Notes: generated by a model not told the origin, from the letters alone. Shown: positions 11,341 through 23,050, counted from the first letter of the stretch. The stretch is DNA of 32,020 bases from Catajapyx aquilonaris (GCA_000934665.2 KZ538063.1:186001-218020); one strand, 5' to 3'. Program-made: numbers and translations.

Positions 11341-12802
11341 CCATAAATGCAGAAAACTCTACTAGCCAACTGAGACATATTCTGCCATCTTGAATCCAAC
11401 AAATACAACGCCATCATGATTACAGCTCCTCAGTGTCCGTCATTTTGAATCCAACAATTAAAATGATGACATTTCCATGTTTCGCTGACTGTCACATTCC
11501 TCAAAGTGCTGAACTTTTCAAATACAGTATATTTATCTTATGGCCTGACAAGTAGCATGAGTGCCAACATATATCAAGGCCCTCTCTGTGGTGCCCTCTT
11601 GCTGGCAACGGCCCTTTTTTCTGGCAACGAGCTTTGGGTTGGGTAGAGTGTAAGTACAGCTCTCCTTCTCTTTCCAGCCAAGTAACGGATTAGTACAAAG
11701 TTGTGCAGTGAGCTTATTCCAGGGGTCTTAATCCCTCTTTCGGATAGAAGAGGGCCCGCTCTTCTAAGGTCTGAGAGCTCCAATCCCCTACTCTCTGAAT
11801 CCGGAGCTTTTGATTGGCCTCTCCAGATTCCCAAGTTAAGAGCAGGCTCGATATACCCCTCGGTGTTGTGATGTAAGAGGATATTTTTTTTAAATATATT
11901 TTAACAACTCTTCAGTGAAGCCAACACATAACAAAAGATTGGTAATATGGATTAGTCGCCGCCATTTTGAATCCACTACATTTATTCCCCATTGAATCCG
12001 CAATGACCATGAACACGACATTTGGAGTCCATCAACAGGAATCAACCATATTGAATCCGACATTTTAAGATTTCATTCCAGTGTTTCATACTGACTTCAA
12101 AAATTTTAACGGCGAGTTGTCAGGTCTCGGACAAGAGGGTAGCGTTCGCAATATAACGGCTATGAAAAGTCGGTAACGTGGGCCTTCAAAAGAGGGTTCT
12201 AAGCAGTTTTAACGCACGTTTTTACATGCGAGCCGTGACGTGTTAATGGCCGTGTAACATGCTCTAACATCAGGCTGTAAAAACAAGGTTGGCAAAAAAA
12301 AAAACTTGCAGTCTTCCGGTGCTAACACTTTCCTCTTACCCGTCGGTCAAACACACATGCACATAAGTTGATGGCAACCTTGACTCCAATTCTTTTCCGG
12401 TTATTGGATCAGCCACCTGTCACATCAAACATGTAGCTTATGTTTTACCAACAATTTTAACCCCCTGTTAAGAGCTGCTGTCGAGTGTCTAGTAACGTTC
12501 CCCCCAATGCTAATCGGCTGATAATTGACGAAAATGTTCATTTAAAGCAACAGGTTGCGATAGATATTTTTTAACTAGCGCAACCAAGCGCGCATCCACA
12601 CTCGCGCGGCACCAGTGTTCTTTACAAAGCTTCGCAACGTGCAAACGTTGGCCATTTGTTCCCCCTCAAGCGTAGCGTTGGAAATAAGTGCACAGAAGTA
12701 CACCCATTATGCAGAGAGCTTACCAACTATCATGGTTAATACCAACCGTGCACGCTGCGTGAACTGGAGTGCGCACTCGGTTGCGTTCGTTAAAAATTCA
12801 TA

Positions 12803-13113
12803 CAGAGGGTGTTTCAACTTTTTTGTCCGAACAGTTATCGGAAAATGGCACGTAGCTGCTACTTTGTAAGCAGTGACTTGCAACGTGTGATTTGTAGGAG
12901 GAATGGGGAATGGGGAAAAGAGGGTCACACATCCCATGGCATGTGTGACCCTCTTTTTTCCAGACTTGACCCTCAATTTGCACTACAACCTACGATTCGC
13001 AGGGAATATTCCCCGTTCCTCCGAGAATCACCGTTTGCAAATCACTGCTTACAAAGTAGCAGCTACGTGCAATTTCCCGATAACTGTTAGGACAAAAAAG
13101 TTTAAACACCCTG
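12803..13113. mobile_element. Tc1/mariner-type MITE, about 105-bp TIRs, TA target-site duplication
   Basis: Left end TA|CAGAGGGTGTTTCAACTTTTTTGTCCGAACAGTTATCGG...GCACGTAGCTGCTACTTTGTAAGCAGTGA matches the reverse complement of the right end ...CCGATAACTGTTAGGACAAAAAAGTTTAAACACCCTG|TA. CAG(GG)TG termini with TA flanks are typical of Tc1/mariner. No transposase. Confidence 0.85.
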
Positions 13114-13161
13114 TATAGAAGGGAATAGAAGCATATGGAGATGCAAACAGGACGACGCTGA

Positions 13162-13214
13162 TTACTAACCGGACGTTTAAGGTTACTAACCGGCCGTTTA
13201 AGATAACCAACCGA
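13162..13214. repeat. 21-bp tandem repeat, about 2.5 copies
   Basis: TTACTAACCGGACGTTTAAGG / TTACTAACCGGCCGTTTAAGA / TAACCAACCGA. Confidence 0.75.
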
Positions 13215-13692
13215 TTAGTAGTTGGATGTAGAAGCACAGGATGCCAACAGAAACCTCCATACCATTGGCACCACTACCCAGTCTGCCATTTTTCCGTCGC
13301 GTTTGAAACGCCTTGTGAACATTCACCCGAGCAGTGCCCTTCTCACCAACAGTGTAAGCAATTCTTCTCAGCCATTTTCTGGGGGCCAAGTTAACCTCCT
13401 GATGGCGTCACATGTGGGCCCCGCCTTGCAGGGCTGGATATCCAATCTCCCCGTGAAGTAAATCGAAAATTCTGCCCCTGGCCCCTTTCCTTCCTTCCCC
13501 CACTGCATCCTCATAACATCATCTTGCAAGAGAGGAATTCCCCCAGGAGACCACTGTGCAAGAAGGAAGAAGAAGAAGAAGAAGGGAAGAGAAGGGGGGA
13601 GTGAGAAAAACATCAAAGAGGATCTGCGCCTTCGAACAGTGGTCTCTATTAGCGGACAAGGCTTTGATCTTTGAGCATACTAAGGAATGGAG

Positions 13693-13707
13693 NNNNNNNN
13701 NNNNNNN
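13693..13707. other. Assembly gap (N run)
   Basis: Short N run before poly-G. Confidence 0.99.
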
Positions 13708-14236
13708 GGGGGGGGAAGAGGGAGAGCGGATAAAAAGTGTGTATAGTCAAACTCTTCTCAGCTGAAGCCTAGAGGAAAGAGTGTTTGTGCCAGAATGGAG
13801 ATGCGCTTCTCAGGTGCAAACATTTCCTTTTTTTTTTAAACCATTTTTCGGACCTTTTTGATGTAAGGTTAGTGTAGATACCGAAAATATTTGGCATGCT
13901 AACGTTGCCCGTGGCAATTTAACATTTGAACAAGGTCTTAATAAGAAGGTGCTCTGGGCAACATTTTCTATTTTAAATGGCAATTAGAATATGAGCTGTA
14001 TGCTTTGGGGGCTTATTACATAATCTATAGGTTAAACTATGAGCGCAAAGAAGCGTCTTCAATAACTTGAAAGATGAGTACATCAGTGTACAAAAATGAT
14101 TTTGAATGAAAAAAACAAAAGTAGCGTGTATTATTAAATAATAGCCTACACCTTCAACTGTCTGTTTTTATATATTACATTATTTGTAAATTTTGTATTT
14201 GCCATTTAAAATTGGTATTTAAAAATTAATGTCTTA

Positions 14237-14412
14237 CTAGAAATGGAGCCCGTTTTTCGCAAAGACTGTTTCCCACGGTAATGTAATCGACAACAATCAA
14301 TAATTACTTTTTGATGCTACGGCAACCCATTGCCAAGGCAACCTGTTGCCGTTGGAGACCCGTTGCCAGTTGGACAAACAAACAAACTTTACTTTACATT
14401 CATGTAGTAAGA
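14237..14412 (-). mobile_element. Compact non-autonomous Helitron (176 bp)
   Basis: Minus strand reads A|TCTTACTACATGAATGTAAAGTAAAG(TTTG)3TCC...GCGAAAAACGGGCTCCATTTCTAG|T. It has a 5' TC, a 3' CTAG, insertion between A and T with no TSD, and a GTTT microsatellite near the 5' end. This layout resembles Lep1-type insect Helitrons. The 3' hairpin is only partial. Confidence 0.65.
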
Positions 14413-15362
14413 TAATTAAAATTCGCTATAATGTAATTATAATTTAGTTTGAAATTTAATTCGCTTTCTGCCTTATGTCGCTCATTTTTTAAAATAATTT
14501 CTAAAATAAACCTTTTTATTCGACCTATCTTATTAATATGTTAAAATTTTGCTTTCATTTGACGCAGCCGTCACTTAGCGTCTTGCCATAACGCAACTTG
14601 ACTCCGACAGAACGTCATGCGCCAACTAAAAAAAAACACTTTGATGTCTTTTTGGCTCATAATATAATTCCAGCTGCCCCCATGCCAAGAGAGCAATTAG
14701 AGCGCAGATGTTCATCACTCACCTGCGCACATGTGATGATGACTGCTAAGCATCTCACGGCGCAAATTTTTAAAAAAAGGGTCGTAAGGTCGGCCCCAGA
14801 GGTAAGGGAAATAACTTTCTCCCGCACAGCGGGGGCTAATTGGAGCAACACGATCGGTCGCAAACAATGTCCTGTAATAGCTGCGAGTTACCTGGCTATG
14901 TTTACCCGCAATCTCTTTTTGGCATACTGACGACCCCTAGTCACGTGAAGCTCCGACACAAACTCACTGATTATCGGAAATGATTGATTCCCACCCCTAA
15001 CCACCAGACATTGTTTTAGAGATGAGACCAGGGGTTGTTATCAGTTTTCTGAGGCATAATCTTCTCCCTCCCCTTGAAAGTTGGTCTCATTAAACATACC
15101 TTGTGGCTTCTTACGTGATAGCACGACTGCCTCGTATATCGAGCTCCAACCAGTTTAGAGCTTCCGTCAAGCACTTAGCCCTGCAGTTAGTCCTCGTTCA
15201 ACACTGGCGAATAAAACGACGGGTTTGGACGGTAGAGGTATTTCATACCCTTGGGGGTTATGGCATGTGCTTCTGCCAGAATCGCTCGCAATAATTATAA
15301 CCGCATTTACTTGTACCAACAGGCAAAGCATATTAGCATCAAGTGTACGTAGAGGGAAGGTC

Positions 15363-15580
15363 ATAAAAGGCAAATTTTGTTTGTTTGCTCAGGTTCGGTT
15401 ATTCGTGGCAACCTGATTTCCATGGTAACCAGATCTGGACAAACACGCATACATAATTACATTGCCTTTTATAATAAGAGATGATGATGAATATAATAAA
15501 GACAATGTTTGTCCAAGTATGGTGGCCATGGTAACTAAACCTAGACAAACAAACTGCCTTTCATAATACTGTAGAGAGAT
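15363..15580. repeat. Four related Helitron-5'-end-like modules arranged + - + -
   Basis: ATAAAAGGCAA..TTTGTTTG (15363) pairs with CTGGACAAACA..TTGCCTTTTATAATAAGAGAT (to 15482). ATAATAAAGACAATGTTTGTCC (15493) pairs with GACAAACAAACTGCCTTTCATAAT..AGAGAGAT (to 15580). CCATGGTAAC sits at both centres. Confidence 0.55.
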
Positions 15581-15810
15581 AATAATAATAATACGTATAA
15601 TATTTAATAAACTGGAAGCTAAGTTGGAACGGACTGTATTGTGTGATGGGGTAAAAGTGTGGGGCTGGACTTTATACCTGTCAACACGCACTTCTATAGC
15701 TGAGAACCACTCTCTCTCTCTCTCTCTCCAGTTCAAACCTTGAAGGTCTATTGTTCGTGGAGGGGCTTTGCATGCTTGCCATGGTATGAGCCCCCCCCCC
15801 CCCCCCCACC

Positions 15811-16063
15811 NNNNNNNNNNNNNNNNNNNNNNNNNNNNNNNNNNNNNNNNNNNNNNNNNNNNNNNNNNNNNNNNNNNNNNNNNNNNNNNNNNNNNNNNNN
15901 NNNNNNNNNNNNNNNNNNNNNNNNNNNNNNNNNNNNNNNNNNNNNNNNNNNNNNNNNNNNNNNNNNNNNNNNNNNNNNNNNNNNNNNNNNNNNNNNNNNN
16001 NNNNNNNNNNNNNNNNNNNNNNNNNNNNNNNNNNNNNNNNNNNNNNNNNNNNNNNNNNNNNNN
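15811..16063. other. Assembly gap (N run)
   Basis: Ns flanked by poly-C on both sides. Confidence 0.99.
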
Positions 16064-16133
16064 CCCCCCCAAGTTATACGAACCTCCCGTAAATTACGAC
16101 CTGCCCAGGACCTGCCACTAATCAAAATAGTCA

Positions 16134-16560
16134 TTCATTATATCAGTTATTTCCAAATCATTATTGTAGCAGTTATTGTCAAATCATTAATATAGCAGTT
16201 ATTTTCAAATCATTAATATAGCAGTTATTTTCAAATCATTATTAGAGCAGTTATTTCCAAATCATTATTAGAGCAGTTATTTTCAAATCATTATTAGAGC
16301 AGTTATTTTCAAATCAGTTATCTTATTATCAAGTCAGTTATAAATATCAGTTATCTTATTTTCAAGTCAGTTATAAATATCAGTTATCTTATTTTCAAGT
16401 CAGTTATAAATATCAGTTATCTTATTTTCAAGTCAGTTATAAATATCAGTTATCTTATTTTCAAGTCATTGTTATAGCTGCTATAACAATGACTTGAAAA
16501 TACCTGCTATAATATAGGAGTTATTTTCAAGTCAATTGTTATATTATTTTCAGATCAGTT
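16134..16560. repeat. Compound minisatellite (26-bp then 33-bp units) ending in a 47-bp palindrome
   Basis: GCAGTTATTTTCAAATCATTATTAGA-type units have period 26 (16143-16314). CAGTTATCTTATTTTCAAGTCAGTTATAAATAT has period 33 (16315, 16348, 16381, 16414, 16447). The palindrome is at 16456-16502. Confidence 0.92.
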
Positions 16561-19083
16561 ACATACGGTTTCATTATCAGTTATTTATTAGGATTAGGAC
16601 TGGACGTATCATATTGACGATGTGGAGTCAAATATTATCCCATCTTGTTCTTTGGGTTGGGCTGCTATTTTTTCCCCCATTACTCTTCTTATTTCCGTTT
16701 CTTTTAGTGGTTATCGAAAGTTATTAATTGATCATATTAAGTTGCTTTATTTTGAAAGACTCCAAAAATGCTCTCGATGCCAAGAAACTCGCGAATTCCG
16801 AACTTGTATTCGCCAAATATTGGTAACTAATCCGATATAAGTTTTTAAAAAATGCTTTATAGCTAATATTTCTGCTGCTACACCTTGTACCAAAAGCTTT
16901 GGAAAAGTTTTTCCCTTTTTCAAACCTGCAAAAGCGACTTTAACAAGAAGCAGCGTTGACTGGCAAGTGTCTTTTTCTTTGGCATGGCGACGCGACTTCC
17001 CTCGAATATAATTTGGACCCAGATTAAGTGGATTACCAGGAGCATGGAAATTGCACGCTCTCTCAGAGAGAACTGGATGGATAAAAAAAAGAAGAAGGAG
17101 GAGGAGGAGGCGTCTCCTAGAGAAAAGCAGTCGATAATCCTAGAAGGTGAGGTGACTTCCCTCCTTGTATACTATAGAGAGACGGAGACGAAACGTGTCT
17201 TTGTCATAAACATGCTCATCATATTCCGAGGATAGCTGGCAAATCCCATCTTCCAAGACGCCTCTATACCCAAAATCATCAGAATCTTCGACAAAAAAAA
17301 GGCTGGCTCTAACTTACAGCTTCTCTAACAAACTTGCTCCAATCCGAGGCTTACAGAGAAAGGTTGATCTGGATGAATGCAGGTTGAGTGACGCCCCCAT
17401 CAAAACCAGGTTCTCCCGGAATTAAGGTTCAAATTTTGTGGGGAAATCATGCAGAAGGAGACACATTTCAGTCTATAGAGTTGCATGGAATATCGGAGGT
17501 TACAAGAACGACCAAATTAAGGACAATCTCACATTATCTCCAGGTATACTCACAATATGTAGATTTGCATACATTTAAATGAATACTTCAATCATAAAAA
17601 TACGCATGAATTTTAATAAAAAGGTTAAGAAAAAATTAAGGAAAATCTTCAATTCGCACTTAATCTGAGATTTTCTCATTAATTTGAATTTTGTAGAAAT
17701 GAATTATGTGTTCATCCAAATCTAAGATGAATTCAAAATATGGAAAATCTCTGATTAAGAGTAGCCTATATGCATTTATTGGAGATTTTCTCTTAAGGTT
17801 GAACTCATACATATGAGCCTTGATATGAGCAGCGTAGTCAATCAAACACATACAGCATAAACATTGAAGGTAAATTAATGGAAAATCTCCGATTATTTGT
17901 GTAGGCATTAATCGGATATTATTTTCTTAATTTGCATTCACACAACATGAAAATCAAATAATTTATTTTTCTGCCACATTACCAGTCGAAAGAGCTGTTT
18001 CATGCAGTAAAATGTTTCTTCCTAAGGCCCTTGTTGAAAGATAGTGTTGACTCGGGCACTTGGCCATCGCTCCCCAATTAAAAAACTTTTCGCAAACTTT
18101 TTCTGCACTCCATTCATCTATCTCAACTAATCTCCCCATTATTTATCTCTGGTTTTTTTTCTTCTAAGCCAAACTATCTCTCCCGCTCCATAGCAGACTG
18201 GCTAATAAAGTCCAACCTGGACAAGCCAGACATCCTTATGCCAGCCTAACAGTCTTCTCGGGAGTATTCATGGGGAAATAACTGCTCCACTTCATTACCA
18301 GCTACAACACCGGCTGCTCGAAGCAATTAGCGGATACTTATTAGGAGACGCTGATTATTAGAATTACTCAATTATTGCGGCGGATTCCACGTCTTTGTTT
18401 TTTAAGCCGTTTTTTTTGGACGGCTGTTGAGTAATTGCATTATAACAGTTACGGTTGAAGGATGTAAAATATTAGCTACTAATAACAGTTTACGTCATGT
18501 ATGAAAATAACTGATAAGGACAAATTGCATCAAGGCTTGTAAAGTGTCAAAGACCCCATTTAGGCTATTTGTATTATTTTATTACATGTTAACAAATAAC
18601 AGCTGTGAAACACAATAGCCCACAGTACATTGTGTTAAAGGGTCACAAGCGACGACACGCCCTAAACTAATAAATATAACTGCACAACCACTATAAACAG
18701 GTACTGTCCGCTGCATTCACAGATCAAAAGGAACTATAATAATGCAATATTTCACACTTTATAGTACTCTGATACATAGCTAATTGACATAACTGCGATT
18801 TTAATCAACTACGCTGTTTCCACGGATAACTGCTACTAATAACGCTATGCACATAGCTATTTCAAACAAGTACTATTTTCTCCTAATCGCTGCTAGTGTT
18901 AACAGCTACACCCATAGCATGCGATATTATTGTGGATCCACTTCTGATTTTAATAGCCACTCACTTACCTGCTATTTTACGCAACTATGTTATTCTCCGT
19001 GGATCGCTGTTACTTTCAATCGAAATTCACATAGCTTCTGTTTTAAATATTATACTGTACGTGATATTTTCCACCAATCACGA

Positions 19084-19385
19084 CTGCTGTTAATAGCTAC
19101 ACTCGTAGCTGCTACTTTAAAGAGCTATCATTATTGTCCGATCACTGATACTGTTAATAGCTACACTCATCGCTAGTACTTTAAATAGCTGTCATTATTG
19201 TCCGATCACTGCTACTGTTAATAGCTACACTCATAGCTGCTACTGTTAATAGCTAAACTCATAGCTGCTACTTTAAATAGCTGTCATTATTGTCCGATCA
19301 CTTATACTGTTAATAGCTACACTCATAGCTGCTACTTTAAATAGCTGTCATTATTGTCCGATCACTGCTACTGTTAATTGCTATG
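19084..19385. repeat. 64-bp minisatellite, with degenerate copies back to about 18780
   Basis: GCTACTGTTAATAGCTACACTCATAGCTGCTACTTTAAATAGCTGTCATTATTGTCCGATCACT occurs at 19147, 19211 and onward. One unit has an extra 28-bp sub-duplication. Confidence 0.9.
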
Positions 19386-20513
19386 CTAATTCATTCATTA
19401 CATCGAGGCATTAATCCCATAATGGGGGTAGCCAGCAATGACTAGTCTACACAGTACATCTAGCCATCTCGATGGCTGATATTGAAAGCGGATCTGTTAT
19501 TACGTCGTATCTTCCTAATATCTTACGGGAAGTGACCCACTTGGCTGGAGGGAATATCCGTGACCTTGAAAACAAATCCTGGAATTAGGAAGCGCATCTA
19601 GAATTATTCCGACACTTCTTTTTTAAAAGAGAGCTATCCTCTTCGAAAGTGAAATCGGAGAAGGAGAGGTGTGAGACAAAGCGATTTTGGCGAGGTGCGA
19701 GCGAGAATCAATGGGCGGGAAAAGAGCCGGCAGCCTGATATTTAATAGCAGTTGGCTTCAAATGACTTTTGGCCCGCGGTCACAGTTGCTAGGGGATAGT
19801 AGTGTAGTCAGGAGTGGGAGGGGTAGGGTGAGCTCAAATCTCCTCTCTAATGGCTTTCCCTCCGAATATTAATTCCATCGATTTATAATTCTAACCCCCC
19901 CCCCCCCTCCACCTCCACCCCCACCATAGCCGTTCTCTCTAGTTAATTTCATTCGCTAGAGGAAAAAAAATTGCAGGAAAAAAAAAGAACTGATGACTCC
20001 CAATTCCGCTTGATTACCAGCTAATGAATGCTAACGCTCGATTAGGAATTAATTTGACTTTTGTGATGTCGAGGGGCGATTCCAACTATTGTCTCACTTC
20101 CAGGGGTCTAAGCTGGAATTACTCCGCTCCCTGCCCCTCCAACACCCCCTCCCCTCGCCGCAAACTAAAAGTCTAGCGATGAGCTTTTCCTCGCTTATTA
20201 CGAGAGCGCTGATAGTCCCTGGATAGCAGCTGTAATGGGCCAGGATCAGTGTCAGATCTCCCCGGATCGGGTCCGTTCACATCCCTACGCGCAGCATGCT
20301 AATAGCGATATTGGAGCATCAACTGCACTTTTTCAGACCACGTTATTCGCTATTATAAACAGGAACCGTTGAAATTTACTTACGAGAATATTGCGTCATC
20401 GTAACGGAAATAACATAGCTGCTGATGCCTGCTAATGTTTCGATAACTATGACTGTGGCTTTTAATGTCCCCTGGATCGATTGAATAGGACCAGCAGAGA
20501 TTCTGGGTGTAAA

Positions 20514-21093
20514 ATAACAACTGCTAAGTAACCGCTACTGCGACTGTGACTGATATGTTAATAACTGCTAAGGACAACGCCACAGTCGTTATTAGCATAT
20601 CACTCACAAGTGCAGCAGCAGTTACTCAGTAGCCGTTATTTTCAAGCATGTTAGTCCAATTCATTGTGCTAATAACGCCTACAAAGTAACTGCTACTTTA
20701 CCTGTGACTGCTCTGCTAATAACGGCTCGGTAGTGTTGTCCATAACGGCTATTATGTAACTGCTACTATACATATGATTGATATGCTAATATCGGCTGTG
20801 GTGTTGTCCATAACGGCTAAGTAACAGCTACTATATCAGTTATTATGCTAATAACGGCTCAGTAGTGTTGGCCATAACGGCTATGGAGTAATTAAGTAAC
20901 TACTACTATACCTATGATTGCTACGCTAATAACGGCTCGGTAGTGTTGTCCATAACGGCTACTAAGTAACTGCTACTATGCAAGTGATTGCTACGCTAAT
21001 AACGGCTCGGTAGTGTTGTCCGTAACGGCTACTAAGTAACTTCTACTATGCCTATGATTGCTATGCTAATAACGACTCAGGGGCGTTGTCCTT
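20514..21093. repeat. 70-bp minisatellite with one inverted unit
   Basis: GCTAATAACGGCTCGGTAGTGTTGTCCATAACGGCTACTAAGTAACTGCTACTAT... starts at 20715, 20785, 20925, 20995 and 21065. Segment 20570-20640 is a reverse-complement unit. Confidence 0.9.
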
Positions 21094-21757
21094 GATAATA
21101 AGTGACCTTGAAACACGCCCGAGTGAGTCTACCATAAGCTACAGGGTTTTGCAATAATTTATTGGTTGCGCAAACGTATTTGGAAATCGAACAAGGTTTG
21201 ACCCGAGGTTTTGGCCGAAAAAAGCACACAATAGAAGTGGTCGCAGTAACTGGGGGAATGAGAATGTTGCATGCTTGGTCCCAGGCGTGTGTTGCATCGC
21301 TTTTTCAGAAGGTTTGGTGTCGTGTGGGTGACGTGACGCCCATGCCGCAGTGTGCAGTGCGGGAGGTCATGGCTTCAATTCACAGGTCACACATACCAAT
21401 CACAATGCACTATAGACTGTGTCTGCTTAGTAGCAATCGACAATGAAACGCGCAGTTGGATCATGCTGCATATTTTCCTCGAGTGAAGAGCCCACAGCGC
21501 TTAGAAAACCTCTTTCCCACAAGCAGGTTGCTACTTTAAAATAGCGAATGTTAGTTGCGGCCCAGTGATCCTCTAAAATCGCAGATAATTTCCTACGAGG
21601 TGCACAGCAACTTCGCACCAGCGATTTCCGATTAGAAGCTAATAACTGATTGAAAATCACAGCTACGTTGAACCGGCGATTTACTATCACGGGCCAATAA
21701 CGTTTTAAAATCACTGCTACTTTGCACCACTAGTGTTACCAGCTATAGGTGCTGTCG

Positions 21758-21847
21758 TACTGGTGGCGCCACAGCCGATGGTGGCAAAATAAATGGAAGC
21801 GATGCATAGGCACTATTTTCCGCCGTCGGCTCGTGGCGCCACCAGTA
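21758..21847. mobile_element. Short fold-back element (mini-MITE) with TA flanks
   Basis: TACTGGTGGCGCCACAGCCGATGGTGGCAAAATA ... TATTTTCCGCCGTCGGCTCGTGGCGCCACCAGTA. Confidence 0.65.
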
Positions 21848-22890
21848 ATGTCCAGCACTCAATCAGGTCGCAGTTAAAAATAGCAGTTCCTAAAACAACA
21901 TATTCCTAGTACGGCTCACTTGAAGAATCGCAGCTACTTTGCTCTTTCCCACCAGGGTTGCCAGATCCACTCGGACTGTCCCGCACTCAATCAGGTCGCG
22001 TTTAAGGTCGCAGCTGGCGTTTTCTCTGCAGGCAAGGTTTACACGGTAGGAAAGCTGCAGGTTCGGAGCCAAAACCCGCGATTAAGACTGTGTAGCAGGC
22101 GGATTAGATTAAACGAGCGCTATCTGCTGCTCGGGCAGTGTGTCGGTTCAGTCCAGTGCACACTCACTCCCCCGGTGCACTTCTAAACAAACCGGAATGC
22201 CCTTGGGTACTTTACAGAGCACCAAAACTAGTGGTAGGGAGAGAAGAGGAGGAATGGGGGGTGAATCTAAGGCTCTTCTCTCTGACTCGCTCCAAATGAG
22301 TGCCTTGCTAAAGCCCCGGGCGGAAGGCGAAACGACGTGCAAATTTGTCTTGACGAAGCCTCGTTCTTTGCCTTCCGGGAAGGGCAAATTGCAGCAATTA
22401 TTCTTGGCGAAGGCCTGACTTTGCCTCTAACGGGGCGTTAATGAGCGACCCTCTCACCCCCCCCCCCCTCGAGGACAACATGAAGGGGGGGCCTAGGCCA
22501 CCTCCGAGTCCGAAAATCGGAGGGGGGACTACGGAGCTAATTCGATTTGGAAGCGGCTCCTCTCTCTCGCCCTCCGCTTTGTCAAGATCTGAGCTTAGCG
22601 GGGATGACCACACCGGTCGCAAAGGGAGTTTAACGGGTCGTCAATCTGCATATATGGTGGTTAGAGCCGGGGATGAAGAGAAAAGCCCGTCTCGGACCAC
22701 AGAAAGGAAAGAAAAATCGTAGTCGCTGTTATAAATCGCGGCGATTTGGAAAATAGCGTTTAAGCTGTTATCGTCGTATCCGTTCCATCTGGCACCTCTG
22801 ACGGTTGGACGGAATCTTACACAGGTATGATCACGCCCCATTTTATCGCGTGTCCTTATCCATATGAAGATGGTTGCAGCTTCGGAGCTG

Positions 22891-23050
22891 GAGGCGTATA
22901 CTCATCCAGGTCACTCGCAATCGACAAAGTCGATTGACGTCAAAATGACGTCGCCAATGATGACCAGGGCAGGGCGAGGCGAATTGGCGACGTCATTTTG
23001 ACGTCAATCGACTTTGTCGATTGCGAGTGACCTGGATGAGTATACGCCTC
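22891..23050. mobile_element. 160-bp fold-back MITE with perfect 68-bp TIRs and a CTG 3-bp TSD (PIF/Harbinger-like)
   Basis: CTG|GAGGCGTATACTCATCCAGGTCACTCGCAATCGACAAAGTCGATTGACGTCAAAATGACGTCGCCAAT, then a 24-nt spacer, then its exact reverse complement|CTG. 3-bp CWG/TWA TSDs are characteristic of PIF/Harbinger. Confidence 0.8.

Noticed and set aside
12707..13237. Mirror ORFs with near-identical peptides (TAYKVAATC..PITV) on both strands
   Set aside because: They are translations of the MITE's inverted repeats.
17640..17900. Repeated GGAAAATCTC / GAGATTTTC words resembling NF-kB sites (similarly AAGTGGAAAA words at 28715-29100)
   Set aside because: They lie in AT-rich degenerate repeat-like sequence and cannot be told apart from decayed repeats without data.
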